Below are positions 1 through 10,048 of a stretch of DNA of 64,000 nucleotides, piece after piece. Location: positions 3,800,153-3,864,152 of the forward strand of contig OY760175.1 in the NCBI GenBank assembly GCA_963663165.1, in the 5' to 3' direction. The translations under genes were made by a program, and so were the position numbers. Positions within the stretch are counted from its first letter, which is position 1, and each line of letters begins with the position of its first letter. Below the pieces are notes generated by a model. It worked only from the letters and a program-made list of their open reading frames with translations. It did not search any database and was not told the DNA's origin. Origin of the DNA: an uncultured Desulfospira sp. GTDB taxonomy: Bacteria; Desulfobacterota; Desulfobacteria; Desulfobacterales; Desulfobacteraceae.

Positions 1-1096
1 TCAGATCATCATAAACCGCATTCATGGTTTTGGCATCTTTATGATCCGGATTTGTTTTCCATTTTACTTCAAACAGATCCAGTTTTCCGCCTGATTCAAC
101 CAGAAAATCAACTTCTCTGGCCCTGTTGTCCCGGTAAAACCAGAGGTGCGCATTGATATTCTGGTTCCTGATCCATTTTCTAAACTCTGCAAAGATAAAT
201 GTTTCCCATATATTTCCCATAAAAGCAGATGTCTGCACACTTCTGGAATCCAGACCAAGCAGAAAACAAAGCATGCCGACCTCGCTGAAATATAATTTGG
301 GAGATTTCACCACCCGCTTCCCCGTGCTCCCGAAATACGGTTCAAGAAAAGATATCTGGTTGCATGCCTCCAGGACACTTAACCACTGGTTGATGGTGTT
401 TAATGTGACACCAACATCTTTTGAAATATCGGTTTTATTTAACAACTGGCCGTTTCTGGAAGCACAAACCCGGATAAACCGTTCAAAATCCCTTAAATTA
501 CCGACATTTACTATTTGCCGGACATCCCTTTCCAGGTAGGTCGCAAGATATGTTCTGTAATAATCATGGGCATCCATTTCGGGTTTTTGCCATAGCTCGG
601 GCAGACTTCCCCGGATAAATCCATTGAACAACTGTGGTAAATCATGATGGTTAAACCCGTTTGAAGATAGTTCGAAGATGCTCAAACCTTCCAGTTCCAG
701 CCATACGGCACGCCCGGCCAGGCTGTCCGATACCTCTTTCATCAGGTTAAATTTCTGGGAACCTGTCAAGATATACTGACCTGGAATATCACGATTTTGG
801 TCAACAACCCGTTTTAAATGCCTGAACAGGCCCGGTGCATATTGGGCTTCGTCAACAATAAGCGGCGAGGGGTTCTGGAAAAGAAACTGCTGGGGATCAA
901 CTTCGGCCTGCTCGGCCAGTGAGGGAAGATCGAGACTTATATAATTGAAATCCGGGAAAACGGTTTTTAAAAGCGTTGTTTTCCCGGTCTGCCTTGCACC
1001 GGTTAAAACGATTACCGAAAATTGTTTCGATAAATTTTGAATCTTTTCAGAAATTTTTCTATAATAATAGATACTTGACAATTTTATTAATCCCAC
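1..1096 (-). CDS. AAA+ ATPase, DUF4143/COG1373-like (C-terminus runs off window)
   Basis: Own minus-strand translation gives ...FSVIVLTGARQTGKTTLLK (Walker A), ...SPLIVDEAQYAPGLF (Walker B-like) and a DUF4143-like tail. There is no ATG start; candidates are GTG at 1094-1096 or TTG at 1079-1081. Absent from the ORF track because it is open at the window edge. Confidence 0.7.
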   Translation of the reverse strand, partial: MGLIKLSSIYYYRKISEKIQNLSKQFSVIVLTGARQTGKTTLLKTVFPDFNYISLDLPSLAEQAEVDPQQFLFQNPSPLIVDEAQYAPGLFRHLKRVVDQNRDIPGQYILTGSQKFNLMKEVSDSLAGRAVWLELEGLSIFELSSNGFNHHDLPQLFNGFIRGSLPELWQKPEMDAHDYYRTYLATYLERDVRQIVNVGNLRDFERFIRVCASRNGQLLNKTDISKDVGVTLNTINQWLSVLEACNQISFLEPYFGSTGKRVVKSPKLYFSEVGMLCFLLGLDSRSVQTSAFMGNIWETFIFAEFRKWIRNQNINAHLWFYRDNRAREVDFLVESGGKLDLFEVKWKTNPDHKDAKTMNAVYDDL

Positions 1097-1170
1097 TCTG
1101 ATATTGTCAGTTTCTAATTATTTACAATAAAAGAAGTATATTGTCAATTTTTTCCTATAGAAGCGGTGGA

Positions 1171-2535
1171 TTATCCCGGTTTAATTATTTTCCTGAACCG
1201 CATCCACCATAAAGACGGACGGCCCAGATTTTTTAGCGCCTCCCGGACCTGCCGGACCTGGGCGCAGGAAAGCTTCCGGCCGCCATAGAGTTCAAGTTCA
1301 AACGCCTTAAGAATCAAGCGAATCTGGGGCTGCACTGGGGAAAAACAAAGGCAAAGCCGGGCCGCATATTCAGCCGGTGTTTCGCCGGTTCGCTGTTTTA
1401 CCCCGCTTCTTTTTCCCCACAACACCAGGCCCTGGTATACCTGTCCTGCGGTCTGGATCTTTTTAAAAACGGTTGAAAACCAGTTTTTAATCCGCCTGAA
1501 CCAAATGGCCGGACGCCAAAAAGAAAATGGAAAAAACCTTGGCCGGGAAGCTTTTTGAGATGGCTGCCGGGAAAAAAGGTATTGAACAGCCAAATACAGC
1601 AGCCAGCCCATTACCAGGATCAGCATAAGAATCAGAAGGCCTGCCAGGCCATATCCAACCAGGATTTCCAGCCACCCGGCTTCCCCGCCGTCCGTGATCG
1701 GGTTTACCCCCGAAGGGGGCCCATTCCCGGAAAGGGGTGCCCCCTTGGCTTGCATACCACGGGGTGCAAATAAGAATCTGAGGATGGCCACAAGGGGCGG
1801 CCCTAAAGGAGAAAGCCCCTGCTTTAAAAGGGTGTAGCCCGTACCGGCAAATGAAGCCATCAGCGGTCTGTACAGAAACACCAGGCCGGCCCCTGCGGCA
1901 AGGATAAGGACTATGGCCGTCAACAGGGGACCGACCAGTTGAAATCCACTGGAGAATTCTTTTTTGGACCCCGAAGGGCTCCCCGCCAGGAACAAGGCCG
2001 TTGAACCGGAAAGGAAAAACAGGAAAATGGCGTTCAGGGTCAAGGGAGAAGGGAACACAGGGCCTGCCTTGATGTGAATCAGCAGCCGGATAAACAGCAA
2101 CGCGAACAATAAAGAGAATCCGGCATCAAAATGGTTGCAGCAGGAATAATAGGTCCATTTGCGCCGGCCAAGGCTTCTTCCCCTGATCCAGAACAGACCG
2201 GTTCCGGTAAAAAAGAGAACCGCCTCATACCACTGGATGGGTGTCTGGGGGTAAAACAGGAGATTTGCCGACCGGAAAACCGTCACACACATCAGGCCAA
2301 ATCCTGACAAGTGGCCCAGCAGGGGCCATATTCGCCGCCCTCCCCTGGCTTTGAAGAAAAAGGTCACCAACACGGCCGCCCCGTAAGCTGCGATGAAGCT
2401 TTTTAACGGAACCCCCCGGCCGGTGGTTGCAACAACGATAAAGTGAAACAGGGGACACAGCCAGCACAGATCCATGACAGCCCCGAGAAAAACAATGCGG
2501 CCGGAAGCCTGGGTGACATTTTCAGTTGAACTCAT
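1171..2535 (-). CDS. Polytopic membrane protein with DUF4129-like C-terminal domain (third gene of MoxR operon)
   Basis: 454-aa ORF with many hydrophobic helices. The C-terminal GETPAEYAARL motif is typical of DUF4129/transglutaminase-associated tails. Starts 4 nt after the DUF58 gene ends. Confidence 0.6.
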   Translation of the reverse strand: MSSTENVTQASGRIVFLGAVMDLCWLCPLFHFIVVATTGRGVPLKSFIAAYGAAVLVTFFFKARGGRRIWPLLGHLSGFGLMCVTVFRSANLLFYPQTPIQWYEAVLFFTGTGLFWIRGRSLGRRKWTYYSCCNHFDAGFSLLFALLFIRLLIHIKAGPVFPSPLTLNAIFLFFLSGSTALFLAGSPSGSKKEFSSGFQLVGPLLTAIVLILAAGAGLVFLYRPLMASFAGTGYTLLKQGLSPLGPPLVAILRFLFAPRGMQAKGAPLSGNGPPSGVNPITDGGEAGWLEILVGYGLAGLLILMLILVMGWLLYLAVQYLFSRQPSQKASRPRFFPFSFWRPAIWFRRIKNWFSTVFKKIQTAGQVYQGLVLWGKRSGVKQRTGETPAEYAARLCLCFSPVQPQIRLILKAFELELYGGRKLSCAQVRQVREALKNLGRPSLWWMRFRKIIKPG

Positions 2536-2538
2536 TCT

Positions 2539-3723
2539 TTATACCCTAAGGCTGTCAAGGGTCCGGACCCGGCACGGTACGGCAGGGTCTTCCGGTCTTC
2601 CGCTTTCCAGGGTTGCCGCAATGAGCTGGAGCGGCATTCTTTTGGGCAGCAGGGCTTTTTGGAGTTTCAGATTGCCGGCATCCGGTTTATACACAAGCAA
2701 AAGGCAATTGGTCCCCCAAAGTCCCGTGGCATGCTGCTGTATGGTCTCGAAAAAAGGGGCTTTTGGGTTCATCTGCATCCTGGCAAGGACTTCAAGGATA
2801 TCCGAAAGGTTCCGGCTGTTGTTCCCTAAGGGGATAAAGCCGGTGCCGTTACCGGTGATGCCGGCATTGGTCAGAAAACCGACGGCACTGCCTTTTTGCT
2901 CAAAACATACGGCCATACCGGCTGCCGCTTCAAGCATTTGTTCAAACAGTTCCGGCTGCCGGTCAGAACAGAACCCCTCAACGTCTATGCAGATCAGAAT
3001 TTTTTCCTGGACAGACGGCTCACAGATTTTTTCCTGGAGCTTGCCCATGCGGGCGCTGGCTTTCCACTGGATGTGCCGGGCCGGGGTTTCATACCGGTAC
3101 TCCCGGGTCCCCAGGATATAGACCGGATCACGCACCGGGCTTTTTTCACCGGGCATGCCGAAAAAATGCTGTTCCGGCATTGAAAAGGGGCGGATGGTTT
3201 TCAACTTAGGAAAAATCAGCACGGGTGTACCGTGGGAGCGTCTCTTTTTTTGGGGAAAAAAATTAAACAGATCCGATGCCGTGACATAGGGCGCCCCCAT
3301 CTGCACGCACCCTCTTTTGCATGCGGTCAGTTCCCAGGTAAAGGTCGTTTTCTGATACCACAACAGGAAACCGGAAGTGGTGCCGGGCGAATTTTCGCTA
3401 AAGAAGGCATTATCAAAGAAAGGAAGGATTTCAACCCGGACCGGTAGCAGTTTTCCATTGGATAAGGTCATGGACAGCACCAGGGTTTCACCGGGAAAAA
3501 CCTTGGTCCTGTCAATGGTAAATTCAATATCCAGATGTGAGAAGGCATACCGGCTCCAGATCCAGGCCGATCCCACCATGGCGAATAATAACACCAGAAG
3601 CAGTGTCATTTCGTCCTGATGATTCAATAAGGCGGCCACAAGGAAACAAAAGGCAATTAAAAGCACCAGGCGGGAGGTAAAAATGCTGGTCAGATGATAT
3701 GGCGCCTGCCCGTCTTCGGCCAT
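2539..3723 (-). CDS. DUF58 domain protein (vWA-like, MoxR partner)
   Basis: 394 aa with an N-terminal TM pair. Carries the REYRYETPARHIQWKASARMGKL motif characteristic of DUF58. Immediately downstream of the MoxR ATPase. Confidence 0.75.
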   Translation of the reverse strand: MAEDGQAPYHLTSIFTSRLVLLIAFCFLVAALLNHQDEMTLLLVLLFAMVGSAWIWSRYAFSHLDIEFTIDRTKVFPGETLVLSMTLSNGKLLPVRVEILPFFDNAFFSENSPGTTSGFLLWYQKTTFTWELTACKRGCVQMGAPYVTASDLFNFFPQKKRRSHGTPVLIFPKLKTIRPFSMPEQHFFGMPGEKSPVRDPVYILGTREYRYETPARHIQWKASARMGKLQEKICEPSVQEKILICIDVEGFCSDRQPELFEQMLEAAAGMAVCFEQKGSAVGFLTNAGITGNGTGFIPLGNNSRNLSDILEVLARMQMNPKAPFFETIQQHATGLWGTNCLLLVYKPDAGNLKLQKALLPKRMPLQLIAATLESGRPEDPAVPCRVRTLDSLRV

Positions 3724-3731
3724 AACGGTTT

Positions 3732-4673
3732 TTACCCCGCCGCCCTGTCCGGTACAGGGGTCTGGTTAACGATACCCCATAGGATGTCCCGGGCCCGCTC
3801 CCCCCTGAGCCGTTCATTTTCATTGATAATCAGACGGTGGGACAGAACCGGTTCTGCCAGGGCCTTGACATCGTCGGGAAGCACATAATCGCGGTTTTCC
3901 ATGGCGGCCCGTGCCTGGGCGGCGCGCATCAATGCCATGGCCCCCCTGGGGCTGGCGCCGTAACGGATCTTGTCATGATGCCGGGTGGCCGCAACAAGGG
4001 TTGTGATATATTCCCGGACAGCCCCTGAGACGAGGATCTGCTTTCTGGCCTGCTGCATGGCCAAAATCTGTTCAGGTGACGCCACGGAGGATAATCCGGC
4101 AAGGGGATCATCAACCTGAAAGCGCTTTAAAATTTCCATTTCCTCTTCTTTTTTGGGATACCCCATGTCGACTTTAAGCAGAAAACGGTCCAGCTGGGCT
4201 TCAGGCAACGGGAAGGTGCCTTCCAGTTCAACGGGATTCTGGGTGGCGATGACAAAAAAGGGGGCGGGCAAGGGGTAGGTTTGGCCGTCCACCGTCACCT
4301 GGCGTTCTTCCATGCTCTCAAGAAGGCTGGACTGTGTCCGGGGAATGGTGCGGTTGATTTCATCGGCCAGCAGGATGTTTGTCATTACAGGGCCTCGCTG
4401 AAATTGGAAACAGCCCTTGTGCTGGACGTAGATATTGTACCCGGTAATATCCGAGGGCAACAGATCCGGGGTGAACTGGACCCGCCGGTACTGCCCGTCG
4501 ATGGATTTTGCCAGGGCCCTGGCCAGCATGGTCTTTCCCACCCCCGGAACATCTTCGAGCAGCACATGGCCCTCAGCCAAAAGCCCCACGATCATCAGCC
4601 GGATGCAGGTCGTTTTGCCGACAATGACCCTGGAGATGTTATCTATTATGTCGTTGCACAGGTCAAAATCCAA
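3732..4673 (-). CDS. MoxR-family AAA+ ATPase
   Basis: 313 aa. Shows GHVLLEDVPGVGKT (Walker A), ILLADEINR (Walker B) and a FFVIATQNP sensor region, matching the MoxR/RavA-like signature. Confidence 0.9.
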   Translation of the reverse strand: MDFDLCNDIIDNISRVIVGKTTCIRLMIVGLLAEGHVLLEDVPGVGKTMLARALAKSIDGQYRRVQFTPDLLPSDITGYNIYVQHKGCFQFQRGPVMTNILLADEINRTIPRTQSSLLESMEERQVTVDGQTYPLPAPFFVIATQNPVELEGTFPLPEAQLDRFLLKVDMGYPKKEEEMEILKRFQVDDPLAGLSSVASPEQILAMQQARKQILVSGAVREYITTLVAATRHHDKIRYGASPRGAMALMRAAQARAAMENRDYVLPDDVKALAEPVLSHRLIINENERLRGERARDILWGIVNQTPVPDRAAG

Positions 4674-4957
4674 AACAAAAGTTCCTTTACCAGATGGCTA
4701 AAAAAAAATGGTGCCGTCTTTCACAAGGCAGCATCCTATCCTCAATTGCCGGGCATTTCAATGGGATTCTTTGCGCCTGTTCAGGGCAATCCCAGCGCCG
4801 CCGGCATAAATTTTCAACGGCGTGACAAGCCGCCATGCCCACTGGTCAAGATATCCGGATGAACCGATAGGGTCGTTTGGGATACTCTCTCAACAGAAAA
4901 CAAAGTACATCCTGAAAGACCGGCCGCACCATCAGATATGGATGAATTTATAATGTC

Positions 4958-5003
4958 ATAATCAAGGTTTGACCCCGAACGTCCGATGACCCCGAACGTC
5001 CGA
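4958..5003. repeat. Dispersed repeat core ATAATCAAGGTTTGACCCC plus duplicated tail (GAACGTCCGA x2)
   Basis: The same 19-bp core occurs inverted at 13152-13170 and 13191-13209, and in the same orientation at 13286-13304. Confidence 0.75.
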
Positions 5004-5087
5004 AAATTTTCTTTTCATTTTCCCCAAAAAAATTTATCGTCAAATAACGCTGAAAATTTGAGATTTATCCATAAAAGGAGGATCATC

Positions 5088-8000
5088 ATGAAAATATTTT
5101 TACGATATGGAATGGTTCTGGTCACGGCATTGCTGTGCGTTTATATTCAGAATGTTCAATCAGACAGCCTTTGGAGCGACGATGTTGACTCGGTTTATTC
5201 TCCCGAGGCCCCCCTGGGTACCCTCTGGGTTGAAGCCGGCGCCCTTTTGTCTGTTTCAGCTGCGGAGGATGATCAATGGCGAATACTGAACATAGGGACC
5301 CTTTATGACTGGACCAACGCCAACGGCCTTTCTTTTGATTATGAAGGCATTCCTTACGGTGCCCTGGCAGGCCGGATCGGTGAGGATGGCGACTGGTTTT
5401 TCATTGGAAGCGATTTTTGCCAGACCGCCTCCCAAAGTGGTACGCTTTACCTGGCCTGCTGGGAGCCTTCCGGCAATTTTTCGGATAACTCGGATGCCAT
5501 CACTGTTACGGCCAGCCTGGCATCCTTTGACCCGGCCGACCTGGACCAGGACTATGACGTGGACGGAAAGGACCTGTTCCGATATCTCCAGGACCTGTCG
5601 GCCCTGGACCTGGAAAGTTTTGCCGCTATTTTCGGATGGGTCGATACCCCGGCCACCGCAGACCTTCAAACCCTGTCGGTTTCACCGGGCCGGCTTGCCT
5701 CGGTTTTTTCGGCCGACCAGAGCGATTATCTGGTGGAGGTGGAAAATGAAACCAGCGAAATCCAGGTGACCGCCCTTCCAGCAGATCCTCTGGCAACGGT
5801 CTGGATCAGCGATACCCTGGTTGATCCCGGCACCCCGTTTGCCGTATCTCTGGACCTGGGAGCCAACTATATCCCTGTGCGGGTGGTCTCCCAGAACAAC
5901 CGCACTGAAAAGACATATTCCCTGCTGGTGGCCCGAAAGGGTACGGCCGGTCTTTCCGGTCTGTCCGCAGAAGGATATGATCTGATCCCGGCATTTTCAC
6001 CGGACACTGCCGTTTATACCATTTATGCGGCATCAGATACCACAGAGGTCCAGCTGAATCTGGAACCCGGGGACGGGTCCGACCAGATTCAGGTCAACGG
6101 TACCCTCCTGGATGACCCGGCCCTTCCGGTTTACATCCCTTTAGAAAGCGAAATGACCGAAGCTCAAATCCTGGTTGCGGCCTCAGACGGATCAGAATTT
6201 GCTTATTTTGTTTATATTAAAAGGAATGCCGCGCCGTCCCAAACGGCATTTGTCAAGGACGACGCCGTTGAAGCCAATGAGTTTGAATCATTGCCTGAAG
6301 CCGTTGCGTATCTGAACACCAATCTGTTATCCGGGCAGACCGGGGAGATCAGGATTCAGACCTCCTCTGCCATGGTTGTAGACACCCTGGATCTGACCCG
6401 GAATATTATTTTGACTGTGGAACCCGGGGCCTCCAATGTTATTTTTGGGCCTTCAACCTATCCGCTGATCATTAATACATGGGCCGGTGCCGATATTTCC
6501 GGACTTTGCTTTACCGGGTCGCCGGCATTCACCATCAACTCCGGGGCCGGGCTTTGTGTTGCCGGAAGTTCTTTCTCCTCAGACACCACTGTCAACATAG
6601 AGGATTCCGTATCATCCACCGAGGCCAAGGGCGGCGGATATTACAGCCAGTTTTTAAATTTTGTGGGAAACCACCTGTCCGGTGACCTGAATATCATGAT
6701 GTCCGGTTCAGCTGACACGGATTTTGTCACATCCGGAAACCAGGCCGAAAGCATCCAGTTCGCCGGAACGGGTGAATTCTCAGGGGATGCCAACCTCAAG
6801 TTTAAAGCCAATCTCACAGATGATTTGAGCATCATGGCCACAATGAAGGGAAATACCCATGCCAGTGTTACAGGGCACCGGAACGTCGTCAATACGGATA
6901 TCGGCATCACCATGGAAGACGATGCCCGGATCAGCCTGGAACAGCATACCTCGGCCTCTGTGGGATTAAATTTCATGGGGTTGAATGGAAAGATACAACT
7001 GGACAACGTCACCACCGTCAATGCGGCCTATAAAATGGACATGGCAAAAGCCCAGTACACGGGCAGGTCCAACGCTATCACCAATTTTAATGCTTCCTTG
7101 TTATACAGCCATGGGGACAGTATCTACGGCATCACCCAGGAGGGCGGAAAATTCCTGCAAAATTATTCGATCAAGGCAGCAGGGGCCGGGCTGAACGCTA
7201 CGCTGACCCTGGGGCTGGACGGTGTTAATATTTACGGAAAATATAATCTGATTGCCGGCGGGAATGTGACCGCCAAATTTAATAACAACACGACCATTTC
7301 CCTGGATGCATACATGAAACTGCCGGGCAAGCTTGCTTCCCTGGATTTTGACCATATGACCTGCTATGGGAAATTGTCCGTGGAGCTGCCTGAATCCGGG
7401 GTCGAGGTGTATCTGAACGCACAATATGGCATCCTGGAAGAGGGGTTACTCATAAATTTTACGGACCTTGGCGGTGTCAGCGGCACCCTGGACCATATTG
7501 TCACCGTTACCGGCGGTTTAATCCTGCGCTTTGGCGCCGAGGAGCCCCCGACCCCGGAAAACAAGGCCGCGGCCTTAACCAAAGGAAACACCCTGGTTCT
7601 TAAAAACCTGGAAATTAAAGACACCAATGGACTGCCCGGCCTCTATCTGGAAAAAATCAACACGGCGGTCACCATCCAGGACAGCACCATTGAAAGCCAG
7701 AACTGGGCCATTTACTGTGCGGGCATTAATGCGGCCGTCACCATCAAGGACAACGCCAATCTGACGGGGGGCATCTTTCTTAACGGGGATCCCGACGGCA
7801 CAGGGGTCTTGATTGATCAGCCCCATGAGGTCAGCGCCAACACCATCACCCAGACCATGGCCGGCGGCGCTTGCCTCTGGTCCCATTCCATACGAAATGT
7901 CCAGGTGAGCGGCAATACCATGACCGCCGCAGCCGGTGCCCACGGGATTATGGTCAGCGGCGGAAAGCTTGTGGTAGACGGGGGCAGCATCATTGCCCCG

Positions 8001-8378
8001 GGGGCTTATACCAGCGCGGCTCTTGGCGCCGGCCCCTCATCCGGCGGAACCGTTGGGTTTCTGGATGTCAGCAATATGGAACTGATCTCCGGAGCGGTCA
8101 ACCCGGGGGATGACGGATACATCAAGCTGACCGGCAACACATTCTCCAATGCAACCGTCCATGACGTGGAGGCCGGCCGGCTGATCAATGATCCCATGGA
8201 CAACGGTAACAGCGGGCTGAACCCTGATGAGGATATTGTGGGCTGTCTCATCGACTGGAATGAGGATGACCACCATTGTCCGGATTATCCGCCTGATTGC
8301 GACCAGTGGGATGAAGACGAGAAAGAGTGCGGGTGCGGGCAGGACGGAATCGCACCGCCCAGCGAGCCGGGAATTTAA
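5088..8378 (+). CDS. Large secreted protein: cadherin-like beta-sandwich repeats, dockerin/EF-hand-like loop, beta-helix-like region, acidic Cys-rich tail
   Basis: Start chosen at the ATG at 5088, preceded by AAGGAGG at 5075-5081. Signal-like MKIFLRYGMVLVTALLCVYIQNVQS. DLDQDYDVDGKDL is a Ca-binding-like loop. Two LSxLxvSxG...F.P....Y cadherin-like repeats. Long G/N/T-rich repeats. C-terminus CLIDWNEDDHHCPDYPPDCDQWDEDEKECGCG. Confidence 0.7.
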   Translation: MKIFLRYGMVLVTALLCVYIQNVQSDSLWSDDVDSVYSPEAPLGTLWVEAGALLSVSAAEDDQWRILNIGTLYDWTNANGLSFDYEGIPYGALAGRIGEDGDWFFIGSDFCQTASQSGTLYLACWEPSGNFSDNSDAITVTASLASFDPADLDQDYDVDGKDLFRYLQDLSALDLESFAAIFGWVDTPATADLQTLSVSPGRLASVFSADQSDYLVEVENETSEIQVTALPADPLATVWISDTLVDPGTPFAVSLDLGANYIPVRVVSQNNRTEKTYSLLVARKGTAGLSGLSAEGYDLIPAFSPDTAVYTIYAASDTTEVQLNLEPGDGSDQIQVNGTLLDDPALPVYIPLESEMTEAQILVAASDGSEFAYFVYIKRNAAPSQTAFVKDDAVEANEFESLPEAVAYLNTNLLSGQTGEIRIQTSSAMVVDTLDLTRNIILTVEPGASNVIFGPSTYPLIINTWAGADISGLCFTGSPAFTINSGAGLCVAGSSFSSDTTVNIEDSVSSTEAKGGGYYSQFLNFVGNHLSGDLNIMMSGSADTDFVTSGNQAESIQFAGTGEFSGDANLKFKANLTDDLSIMATMKGNTHASVTGHRNVVNTDIGITMEDDARISLEQHTSASVGLNFMGLNGKIQLDNVTTVNAAYKMDMAKAQYTGRSNAITNFNASLLYSHGDSIYGITQEGGKFLQNYSIKAAGAGLNATLTLGLDGVNIYGKYNLIAGGNVTAKFNNNTTISLDAYMKLPGKLASLDFDHMTCYGKLSVELPESGVEVYLNAQYGILEEGLLINFTDLGGVSGTLDHIVTVTGGLILRFGAEEPPTPENKAAALTKGNTLVLKNLEIKDTNGLPGLYLEKINTAVTIQDSTIESQNWAIYCAGINAAVTIKDNANLTGGIFLNGDPDGTGVLIDQPHEVSANTITQTMAGGACLWSHSIRNVQVSGNTMTAAAGAHGIMVSGGKLVVDGGSIIAPGAYTSAALGAGPSSGGTVGFLDVSNMELISGAVNPGDDGYIKLTGNTFSNATVHDVEAGRLINDPMDNGNSGLNPDEDIVGCLIDWNEDDHHCPDYPPDCDQWDEDEKECGCGQDGIAPPSEPGI

Positions 8379-8620
8379 AAACTTCGTAAAATATCCGGAA
8401 TAGACTGCTGGGGGCCATGTCCCCAATTTCTGTTTATTCTCCATGCGCTGGTTGACAAAAAGGATGTTCCTATCCTACATTGGATTTAATGTTTGACTGC
8501 CAATCGACCTTATGCATCTTGGAAATTGAACGGGTAAGGAAATCACAAGGTCCTTTCATGCCATAGGTTTTCGCAGAGGAAGCAGGACAGGATTCGCCTT
8601 CCAAACTCAAGGAGGATTTT

Positions 8621-9205
8621 ATGAGAAAAAGAATGGTTTCCGTTGCACTGATTTTTTTTATTGGATTATCGCTTACCGGGTGTCCTAAACAGTCAAGCAC
8701 ATCGACAGCCACGAAAAGCGCACTTGAAAGTCAGATCAAAAGCATTAAACAGATGCTCACCGAGATTAAGGCGGAAATTGCCAAGCACCAAAACAATATC
8801 GAGAATATGAGAAACATACTGAGAAACGCGCAGCAAACCGGCACGACACCGAACGTCGGCGGCTTGAAAGAGTATGCCAATGCCGCCGGGGAACGGACCC
8901 CAGCTTACCACCAGGCGCCGCCCTGGAAGCAGGATCTGATCGATAAATTTGAAAATATGCACGTGTTTAATGCGATGGATGCTGCAGCCCTGGGTGCCGC
9001 GACAACGGATGGTAATGTTGAGGAAGTATATATTAAGGTTGAGATTAGGCGGACCAGCAGGTTTATCAGAATGCTTGAAGTGCTGGCAACACGGCAGGGA
9101 GAGGTCCTGGCACAGGCTGAAGCAGACCTCCAGCGCATCAACGAAACGGCAGCCCCATCTTCCACAACGACGGCTGACGAGGGGTTAAGCGATGGCGGAT
9201 ATTAG
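8621..9205 (+). CDS. Lipoprotein, coiled-coil-like, function unknown
   Basis: Lipobox LSLTGC sits after a hydrophobic leader. RBS AAGGAGG lies upstream. The mature part is Q/E/K-rich. Confidence 0.6.
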   Translation: MRKRMVSVALIFFIGLSLTGCPKQSSTSTATKSALESQIKSIKQMLTEIKAEIAKHQNNIENMRNILRNAQQTGTTPNVGGLKEYANAAGERTPAYHQAPPWKQDLIDKFENMHVFNAMDAAALGAATTDGNVEEVYIKVEIRRTSRFIRMLEVLATRQGEVLAQAEADLQRINETAAPSSTTTADEGLSDGGY

Positions 9206-9328
9206 GGTGCATCTTGGGGGCTCATGGCATAGCAGGCTGATCAGCGGCTGGAAAAGGCACCTGGACTTCGCCGCCGGATGGGTTTTCACTATCTGCCCAC
9301 GATTAAATCATTTTCAAAGCGAGGAGAA

Positions 9329-9941
9329 TATGAAGGGCTTTAAGGTCTTGATCCTGTTGATGTGTATCGCCTTTATGGCCATACCGGGTGTGCAGGCCGA
9401 ACCCGGGTGGCAGATGCAATCAATTGCTGACTTTAACGTTGCATTTTGCCGAAAAGCGGATGCCTCAGGCCTCAGCGTCTACTTTACCCCTTCGGGCGCG
9501 GTCTGGGTGTGTGTGATATTGCCGGAAGGGACAGAAAAAGTTGATCTTTCCCGGCCCATTGAGGTGCGGGTGGATCAAAGCGAACCCTTTTTAAGCTCAC
9601 AAGATGCTCTGCAGCCTGAGCAGACGGCGGTGGCCTGGCAGATTAAAGAACCGGGAAGCGGCATCATCAACGGATCGCTCCTGGATCACCTGATGAAAGG
9701 CAGCTTAGCCCATGTAAGCGGCCATGTCTCTGGCGGGCACAGGGTTAAGATGACGGTCCCGCTTAACGGGTCAAGGGATGCCATTGAGAGCCTGTTGTCC
9801 ATGCGGATGAAGAACCAGTTTTCTGATGTTCCTGCTACCAATGTTTCTCCTCCTGCCAATATTTCTCCACCGCCGGCTACGCCCGTTGTGCCCCCTAATG
9901 CTTCCCGTGTTCGCCGCATGCCAAGGGCGGGGAATCTCTGA
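9329..9941 (+). CDS. Secreted hypothetical protein with Pro-rich C-terminus
   Basis: Internal ATG at 9329 preceded by GAGGAG. Signal peptide MKGFKVLILLMCIAFMAIPGVQA. The tracked 9192 start would overlap the upstream gene. Confidence 0.5.
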
Positions 9942-9942
9942 A

Positions 9943-9991
9943 ATAAAAAAAGCACCCCCCGACAGGCACAACACATTGCGCCTGTCGGGGG
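9943..9991 (-). terminator. Rho-independent terminator (strong on minus strand, between convergent genes)
   Basis: 12-bp stem CCCCCGACAGGC (9956-9967) pairs with GCCTGTCGGGGG (9980-9991). On the minus-strand transcript the stem is followed by TGCTTTTTTTATTT. Confidence 0.75.
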
Positions 9992-10048
9992 CATATTTCA
10001 AATATGATAACTTCCCGTTATCCGTAGAATAGAAAAAATATCCCCGTA

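Noticed and set aside
153-539. The plus-strand 128-aa ORF at the window start.
   Set aside because: It is antisense to the well-supported DUF4143 ATPase gene that spans 1-1096 on the minus strand.
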